Assembly (NCBI GenBank): GCA_021432655.1
Contig: MU271295.1
Coordinates: 1 to 45,483, forward strand
Origin: Atractiella rhizophila
Taxonomy: Eukaryota
Direction of reading: 5' to 3'
Length of the DNA: 45,483 nt
Shown: positions 37,102 to 45,483 of the stretch, piece after piece
How the letters are laid out: every line of letters starts with the position of its first letter
Position numbering within the stretch: position 1 is the first letter of the stretch
Made by a program: the position numbers and the translations under genes
Notes under the pieces: generated by a model
Told to the model about the DNA's origin: nothing
The model's database searches: none
Seen by the model: the letters and a program-made list of their open reading frames with translations, nothing else

Positions 37102-37973
37102 GGTTGCAATTGAGAATGCCTTTCTTCAGCATGAGCCAAGTTCTGCCTTGGGTTTAGAGGCTGTGCATTGGGTTCAAACAATATCTTACCTGATTTCACT
37201 ACAGCACTTTCATACACGTATCCAGCATACGCGTTTAAAACTCAACCGTGCCTATTCAAGCCAGCGAACTAACACCAAGATTGCGTTGTTGAAGTCACCT
37301 TTTCCGTCCGCCTTCCTGGCCTTCCTGGAAAACATCCGGCGCTGGAACTTGCTAGAAATCCAGCTTGAGGGTAAGACCACGATTACCAGAATATCAGCCA
37401 TTGGTTTACGCTAGAGCTCACAAGTAGGCAAAGGGAGATAATTGTCGTAGAGACAAACGTATTACAGTGCGTACTTTCATTTTGGTGTCAGTGGGGAATT
37501 TGCCCGTCCGCGGTGGTTTTGGCCTTTCTCTATCTACTCTGATTGCCTTACAAGAGTTCAAAGCGACTCTTTGGCGGTTTTACTGGAATTTTTTATGATG
37601 AGGAACAGACGAGGCAGACCTCGTGTTGCTGAGCTACTCAGTTCGTTCGATTGGTTTGATCGGGCCGCTCGATGGGCTGGATTGAGTAGATTTGGTGTCA
37701 GCCTATCAGATGAGCTGTAAAATGGATTGTACACCAAAAACGCAGATCTTCAAACATTCGATGGAACTTTCTAATGGCCTGTCTCATTTACTATACGTGC
37801 CAATACACCATGATTGACCTTCGTGTTTACCGGCTTTCCAATCAAGTTGTCCGCCACAACTTGGAATAACTGATTTGCCTTTCTCCCACCAAAATTGAAT
37901 CCTGCATGTGCCGGTCTCAAGTTATACGACGTTGATGTTGTTGAAATTATTGCTCACCTGACTTGTTTGCAGA

Positions 37974-39503
37974 ATGGGAGAGCCAACCGAAGCAGAAAAG
38001 ATGGAAATCGATGAGGCCCCGGCCCCTATCTCCTACGTCGAGTTGAAGGATCCTCCGCCCGGCACTCGGAAACGCGTGTTCTTCGATATTGCGATAAACG
38101 ATTCGAAGATAGGAAGGATAGTGATGTTGCTCTTTGGGGATGTGACACCTAAGACGGCGGAGAACTTTAGGGCTCTTTGTACGGGAGAGATAGAGCAGGA
38201 TGGGAAAAAGTTACACTTCAAAGGGAGTAAGTTTCACAGGTGCGTCCTTCTGCCTGAGGACGAGGACGCCCTCTTAAGCTGTTGGTAGGGTGATCAAACG
38301 GTTTATGATCCAGGGTGGTGATTGTACGGCTTCCCTACTTTCTCCAAGTAGCAATCTTACGATGATCTGTGGTAGTCACTGCTGGAAATGGCACCGGTGG
38401 TCTTTCAATTTACGGGGAGAAGTTCGCAGATGAAAAGTGTGTCTCTCTTTCCGACCAATTTCTTCACACATCGCTAAGTTCAACCACCTAGTTTCGTGCT
38501 AAAGCATGACAAACCCTTCCTGCTCTCGATGGCAAATGCTGGTCCAAACACAAACGGCTCGCAGTTCTTCATCACCACTGTCCCAACACCGCATCTCGAT
38601 GGAAAGCACACTATCTTTGGACGTGTTATTGGCGGTAGAGCCATAGTGAGAACAATTGAGGAGGCACCAACGAAAGGCGACACTCCAGAGGAGTCGATTG
38701 TAATTGTCGATTGTGGTGAACTAGCAGAGGTGCGGATTTGCCGATAAATTTGGGAATCCATCTGAGCGACGATTTAGGGTGAGGACGATGGAATTCCGAA
38801 GGATACAAGCGGCGACAATTACGAGAATAATCCAGAGGACGATGAGGTGCGTCTGTCAGTTACTCTGTGACGGATTGTGAAGCGAACTGTCCGACAGGCG
38901 GACGTGAACAATGTCGAGATTGCGCTAGAAATAGCCACCAAGATGAAGGATCTCGGCAATACGTGCCTCAAGAACCAAGACTTCAACACTGCGCAATCGA
39001 AATACCTCAAAGCCCTACGCTATCTCGACGTTCACAGCGTCTTCCCCATTGGGACGTCACCGGATCTAGAGAAGAAGTATAACGACGCTAGATTCTCCAT
39101 CCTACTCAATTCTGCGCTCTGCGCTCTCAAAGGCGGTCAACCAACTCCCCCAGTACCTGCCCTCCTTCCCCCACCTCCAGGTCTCGGCCGTCCTGATCCC
39201 CGACTCGCGGTTGCTCAAACTACCCGTGCACTGTTGATGGACACAGTCAAGGATGGCGAGATTACTGGGCGACCGAAGAAGGACAAGGAGTTGACTGACG
39301 ATGAGCGGGCTAAGGCACTTTATAGAAGAGGAGTGGCACGCGGAATGGTGCAAGAGCTCGAAGAAGCTGAAAAGGATCTCAGGGAAGCTGTCAAAGCAGT
39401 CCCTAAAGACGCCGTAATCAGGCAGGAGCTAGAACGGATAAAGAAGAAGATTCAAGAGAAAAAGGAGAAGGATAGGAAAGCATACGCAAAGATGTTCCAG
39501 TAG
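37974..39503 (+). CDS. CPR6: Cyclophilin 40 (peptidyl-prolyl isomerase D; PPIase + TPR; multi-exon)
   Basis: [79 protein letters not shown] region [22 protein letters not shown] and terminal KAYAKMF. Confidence 0.95.
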
Positions 39504-39661
39504 GGAGCGGGCGGAAGCAGAATGCCTCAAAATTTGTTCACTTGGAAGTGAGGGAAATGACACAATCCTTTGTTACAAACCGCGCAATGCAATGCAAACA
39601 TTTAGGCAAGACTATTACAATCGTGCTCATGCAACTGAAGTAAAATGCGATTTCGAGACAG

Positions 39662-42600
39662 TTAGCCGTCGTCTGCCACAGCCATCACATTTCTCGGAGT
39701 TGAACTTCTCTCAAACAGCTCCAATGTCAAACTAGCAAGAAATCCAGGAATGCTACCTCGATCCTTCGAGAACCAGAGGTCCATGGCGTCCTGCACGAAA
39801 TCCTGTTCGAGGAACTGAGGGTTCGCACAACTCGTGAGTTCCCATCCAGAAGAAGAACTGGAAGATCGACGGAATGAAAGAATATTGTCTCTACTTGTGA
39901 AGGAGGATGTGAGGTTGACCTGTCCGTTCTCTAGCACAACCAGTTTATAGCCAAGAAGAGTGTAGATAGACTGTTTGAGTTCGTGTGACTTGACTTTGTA
40001 TTGCTAAACAAGGTGAAGATTAGTCTCCGTGGCTAAGGATGGCAAGGGAAACCATACATCCATTAGGCGACTATTCATCTTCTTTTGATATGCGAGATCA
40101 TCCTGGCTTTGCTTTAATTCGTCCTCAACGTTCTTCAGTGTCTCCATGGGTACTGTGCCTGTCGAGCCGGCAAACCCCCGAGTTGTATCGCCATCTTCCT
40201 CAACACCTTTCTCTTTCAGCTTCTTTACCTTCTTTTCTAATCGATTGACGCGCTCGACCAGTATCTTGTTTTCCTCTTTCAATGAGTTCAACACCTCTTT
40301 CTTGACTCCTTGGTCCTTTGCGGACGGATTGTCAATCAAGCTGAGGACTTTGTATTTCGAAGCGTCGTATTCGCCCCGTCCAAGCGATTGTGACGCCTGG
40401 GAGAGCTCCAAGGACAGTGACTCAATTTCTCGTTGAGCAAGGATACGTTCGTTACGCAGTTCAGCATTTTCTAGGGATTACATCAGTTCCTTTGCCGACG
40501 ATTTAAGACAGAGACGGGTCATCAACTAACCATTTTTGATCCTCTCGGCTTCTTCCAGCAATACAGACATGCCCTGTTTCAAATCCTCCATCCGCGTCGG
40601 TTCCCCACTCGTAAATCCAGTGAAATTCCTTGTTGTGGCCGCATCATTGAACCTAGAGGTGGCCGCTCCATCTCTGTAGCTTTGCAACTCGTTTTCCAGC
40701 TCTTCAATTCTTCCGGAGTACTCAGCAACCAGCCCTTCAAGTTCTCCGATCCTTGCTACCTTTTGCTCGTCGTAGTTACCTTTTTGGAACATCGCTTCCT
40801 CTGTGTTGTAAGATTCCTACACTGTATTGTCAAGAGCAAGAATATAAGCAGAGAGAATTGGAAAGACATACGAGTTGAGATTTAAGGCTCTCGATCAACC
40901 TTCGATCCATCTCTCGCACACTCTCCCACTGTCCCAACTTCGCTTCCGCTCTCATCCTCGCCTCCTCTTCCTCCCGCAACCGACCTTCTAATTCCGTTTC
41001 CGCCTTCTCCAACTTCTCAATGAACTCCAGTCTCGCCTGCCCCTCGCTCACTTGCAGCTCTAGCTTGTCCTGTAGCGTCTTTACCTCCAGCTTGGTTGCA
41101 AGCAGAAGCTTGCAGACACCTTTCGGCGTCATTTCCTTTTGGTCGTCGCTCTTAGGGAACAGGTCTGAAGAAGAGAGATACGATGTCCAGGATGCCTTTT
41201 CTGCCGTTAGCGTCTTGAGATCGGATTCGAGGGAGTAACTTCGTTCGCGTATTGACTCCAGGTTCGACACTTTGACGTTGAGCGTTCGAATCTGCTCCTC
41301 GAGGATGGGGATCTGCCGACTCTTTTCCTTCATCGTTTGGTTCTCTAAACGCAACTTCTTGTTGTCGTCATTCACAGATTCCAGCTCAGTAGTCGGCCTG
41401 TTTTGCAAACAAGGTTGAATATAAGCAAAGACTGGAAAGTATGCCCACACACCTCTCATTTCACGAAGTAGCAATTCATCCTCCTCTTTTCGTTCTTCGC
41501 CTTTCAATCTTCCTGTCAAGTCTTCCACCTTTCTTTCCAGCGCATTCCTCTCTTCCACCGCTCTATCAATCTCCTCCTCTCTCCTCGCCGCTTCCTCTGC
41601 CATTCGCTCTATCTCTGCTTCCAATGGCACAAGCTTCGCTTCCTTCTCCTGAACCTGGAGAACAGCCTTATCCAACTCATGATCCCTCTCCCTCTTTTCC
41701 TCTTCCCTTTCCCTCAGTCGTTCTTCCACCTCCGCAAACCTCACTCTGAGTGCCTTCAGCTCCTGTTCAGTCCTTTCTATCTCCTGTCTGGAATCGGTTA
41801 TCGATTCCTTCCACTCCTCTTCCTTTGTCTGAAATTTATCGACCCATTCTTTCCTATCCCTCTCCAGCTGGGCAATTCGCATGTCCTTCTCTTTCAACTG
41901 CCCCTCAAGGACATTCCGATCCGATGTCAGCCCAACGACTTCTTTCTGTAACGAAACGAGAGCTGCCGAATGGTCAGGGGAGGAGGAAGCGCCAACTCCA
42001 TTTTGGGAAGCTGAAAGAGTTCTATCGAGTGAATGGGACAGAGAAAGCGAGGGAGAAGATGATGAGTGGGGCAGTGTTTTCTTGAGTGGTGTAGGAGCCT
42101 CGAGGGGAAGACCAGCTTGGAAGCTGTTGCGCTTCAATGAAGCGGCAGGAACTGGAGCGGGGACTAGAGAGGGAGGTATGGGGTTTGCTTTTGAGGTTGA
42201 TGCGAGAAAGTTTTGGGATATCCCGGAGGATATAATGGAAGAAGCGGATGCCTTCTTTTGAAGAGTAGGAAGACGGGAAGATGAGCTCGGGATACGTGAA
42301 GCTGGTACGTCTGGTGAAATAATGTCAGCATTATACCAAAGTGTGGCTCCTTGAAAGAGCTTCAATCTCCTGTTCAAGTGCATCCAAGTATATAATTCCA
42401 GGAATAGTGCTCGTGGTAAGGAAGACAGCGCATTGAATGCCATCCTCTGCGTCTCTGACTGACTGACTTGGAGAGAACTTGCGTTCCTGCATGATGATAC
42501 ACACAATATAGCATTTCCTCATACTTCAAAGAGAAAGAGGGCTGCACCTTCCCCAATATCCTAACACCCATTCCAGAGAAAGCAAACTCACCAATTCCAT

Positions 42601-42748
42601 CGCTCGCTTTGCTTGAAGTGGGTAATCTCTTTCCAAGCCCACTTGGAATGCGCGAGACGGTTTTGCTGACAGAAGCGACTAATGTCACATGAGATTCTCG
42701 AGACTTTGACCTCGTACGCGACGCTGGCGTCTCCTGTGGTTGAACCAT
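39662..42748 (-). CDS. MAD1: Spindle assembly checkpoint protein Mad1 (multi-exon)
   Basis: Long coiled coil. KVLSLIDNPS fits the Mad2-binding motif. C-terminal LLGYKL..ENGQVNLTS and SIPGFLASLTLELFE match the Mad1 C-terminal domain. Confidence 0.9.
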
Positions 42749-43036
42749 CGTTGTTGTTGCTCCTTCAAGCACAAGCAGCACTGTGCCTAAAAAATGTGCA
42801 CGTGATTTGATCTCAGCACCGACATATCATATTGTGTTTTTTCTTTTCTGTATCTTTTGAGTCTGCTGGCTGTTCTGCTTCAGTTTCACGTCAGCTTGTT
42901 TCGCCACCCACTTGGTCATCATCATCACCAGGCCAACATTCACTACGTCTCTAAATGGGAACTCAGGCGAGCACTTGTCGCGGCGTCTCGTTAATGACAG
43001 ACAGATTACATTTCCACACAACAAACAAGTACATAT

Positions 43037-44981
43037 CTAAAAATGCTGGTACTTGCCACTAGCCGAGCTCGAAGTAGCAGCGGAAGACCCTGGTCGTCCC
43101 CATTGGTCATATCCGTGAACATTCAAGCTAGCCTGCTGTGAGGAGGACTTTTCCGAACGCGAAGCCGATGGTTGTGGCTCCTGTGAGCCATAGCTTGGAT
43201 ACGGTTGATCAACCGGAGGGGGATATACGACTTCGACCTGGGTTGGAGAATACGTAGGAGAATGCGAGGCCCACGAGCTGGGTTTGAACTGTGGACTGAA
43301 ACTGTCCTTTGCCTCTTCTCGATCGGCCCGATCACGTCCACCACTTGGGCTGCCCGCCATGGCGTTCAGTTCCCCTTGGAGGAAGAACGGTTGACTGTCC
43401 CGCTCCACTAAGGCGGTTCGGATGCCTCCAATGATTGCTGGGAAACCGAAGATTGCTAATGTCCACCACGCCCACAAGTTGAGGGCAGCTGCCAACAAGT
43501 CACGATCAGTCAAATCCTCCCTTCCTTTAGGGAACAGGAGACCGACCGAACCAATCTCCTTTTATTTGTCCATTGATTCCGAGTACTGAAATTGTGACTG
43601 CAAGAGCAAAGAGCGAGAGGGAGCCTCCAAAGAAAGCGAGGCCTTGAAGGAGCAGATCCTGCGTCGCGAGTTCCATATGGCGGACTGTCCCAAGCGAAAG
43701 TCACACAGAGACCGAAAGACAGAAAAGAATCTTACCCTTTTCTTTGTTGCCTGATAGGGTCATAGGAACGTTTTGGCGGGCCGTGATGGCTTGCAAATCT
43801 TGGTCCAAGCGTCGATGGAGTTTAGCTTGTACTCGAATCTTCTTGTACATGAGGAAGAAAGCTGTTCCTCCGAGCTACAAACACATTTCATCAACCCATG
43901 GCCGATGGTCAATGGAGCGCGAGAGGAGAGGACGTACCGAGAGGATGGTGAGCACGATCCAAGCGCACAGACTGCCGTACAAAGCTCTCTGAGACGTAAT
44001 GCATCGACCGGCCGACCCAGCTAATGATTCGAGAGGGGCCATGATTTGCAAGACACCATTCTGGATGCTGAAGTCGGCGCTTCCCTCTTCAGCAGCGAGG
44101 GTGAGGCTTGTGCGGTACGCCTTGTCATAATCGTTGAAAGCTTCATCACACAATGCAGAAACAGCTCTGTCTCATCACTGTCAGCTCGTCATTGGTTGAT
44201 GGAGGAGGAAAAGCGAACCCGTTGAGAGGAAGGAGCCAGAAAACATGAATTAGGGGGAGGAAGATAGTAAAGAAGAGAGAAGTGAGCCTAGTAGAACGGA
44301 GAGTGAATCGTGGACCAGTCGATTTCTGGATCGCACGAGATGTGAACTGAGCTTCGATGAGAGTTCCCAGCCCTCGAAACCAAGCCGCGAGGTATAGCCA
44401 GACCCTGACGTTCGTCCGTTACGCGGATCAGCTCCAGTATGCCACTTGAAAGGATCAAGACATCTTACCAACATAAGCCTCGAATAATGTATAATCCGGG
44501 ATAGGTACGTTTTCCTTCAAATATTCCGATGGTTCTGCTCACGGCCACGATTGCAAAAGCGTAGTAAAGCGCCATGAAGGTGGTGAAGATGATCTGGAGA
44601 TCCGCTCATCAATACCGATAATCAACTGGAAGTACAGAGGCACCAACCGGTGTGTTGGGTACGAGGTAACCCTCTGTTACGAAAGATGAGCCACTATTCT
44701 AATTCCAGGAGAGAGATGCGATGTAACGAACCGACTCGGCGCATGAGTGGCAAGCTGCCTTTCCTAAGCCATAATGTCCAGAGACATCCTAATAGCAACA
44801 GTCCTTGCAAGCCATTTACAACCATCAATTGGACCTTTGCTGATTCCGGGAAGGAGGGATAGAAGATGGCTCGGACGATTACAGATATCCTAGCGAAAGG
44901 ATCGGTGATTTGTCCGGTGAGAGCGGCTGCTACGATCTGAGTGATAGCAGTCTCGAGTTCTTTCGCTACTCCTGAGGCCAT
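43037..44981 (-). CDS. Hypothetical multi-pass membrane protein (multi-exon) with Ser/Pro-rich cytoplasmic tail
   Basis: Successive minus-strand segments with hydrophobic stretches (VVNGLQGLLLLGCLWTLW, FMALYYAFAIVAV, LYGSLCAWIVLTIL, LWAWWTLAIFGFPAII) separated by GT-AG intron-like gaps. Family not recognised; exon boundaries not fully resolved. Confidence 0.6.
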
Positions 44982-45483
44982 GGTTGCAGTACCAAGCTGC
45001 AGCCGTGGGGAAGGAGGCCAGAGAGTTGCAGGGCTACTGGAGGTAGTGGCTGTGACGGTGGTCGAAAGGGAGGAAATTAAAGGAGGAAAAGGCTTTTATG
45101 ATATGATCGAGAATTGAATGGAAGGGGAACCGGGCCAGATGCAGCCTACTTTATGCAGCCGTTTCCAGGCCCGAATCTCAAATCGTCAACATTGAACATA
45201 ACTGAACCCATGTGCTTCGGCGTGTCCTCATCCCATGCAAATAATAATGAGAACTTTCAATAAGACGTCCTTCTGTGGCGCCTCGGGGAGTGCCACTGCA
45301 TGTCCAAATGCTCTCTAGATTGGCTCGGACGCAGCCTAACAGTGCCAAAAGCTCTGCAAGGGTTCACATAAAGGTTAAACAAAATAAAGCTGGACACAAA
45401 GGTGGGTCGTGACCTTCTGCTGCGGCGGACGGAATGATTGATCGAAGCAAACCGAAGAAACCCAAAAGTGTGGAAAAGCTAAA

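Noticed and set aside
23305..42748. MOT1-SEN15-DUF726-NUP42-CPR6-MAD1 as a functional cluster or mating-type region
   Set aside because: Unrelated housekeeping genes; no pheromone, STE3 receptor or homeodomain genes recognised in the window.

Overview
Eukaryotic, intron-rich fungal DNA with mostly 45-75 nt GT-AG introns. The gene content and style suggest a basidiomycete, possibly Pucciniomycotina (inference). The left half holds two tandem near-duplications. The first is a ~1.0 kb repeat of the 5' part of the proteasome ATPase gene RPT5, joined by a 40-nt poly(A) run. The second is a ~10.3 kb repeat (2499-12804 vs 12830-23138) joined by a 25-N gap; both are probably two haplotypes assembled in tandem. 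Each 10.3 kb unit carries (i) a large multi-exon gene encoding a long disordered N-terminus, a SAD/SRA-like domain, Cys clusters and an AlkB-type 2OG-Fe(II) dioxygenase, (ii) a Ytp1/DUF2427 membrane protein gene and (iii) a LINE ORF1 zinc-knuckle relic. The right half is single-copy: MOT1, SEN15, a DUF726 hydrolase-like gene, a CCCH/FG nucleoporin (Nup42/Amo1), cyclophilin 40, MAD1 and an unassigned multi-pass membrane protein. The most interesting items are the SRA-like/AlkB putative base-modification reader-eraser, with two diverged alleles and an in-frame splice-acceptor shift, and a ~750 nt hairpin-rich RPT5 intron whose stems largely survive divergence between the copies. All family calls rest on motif recognition by eye; no searches were run.
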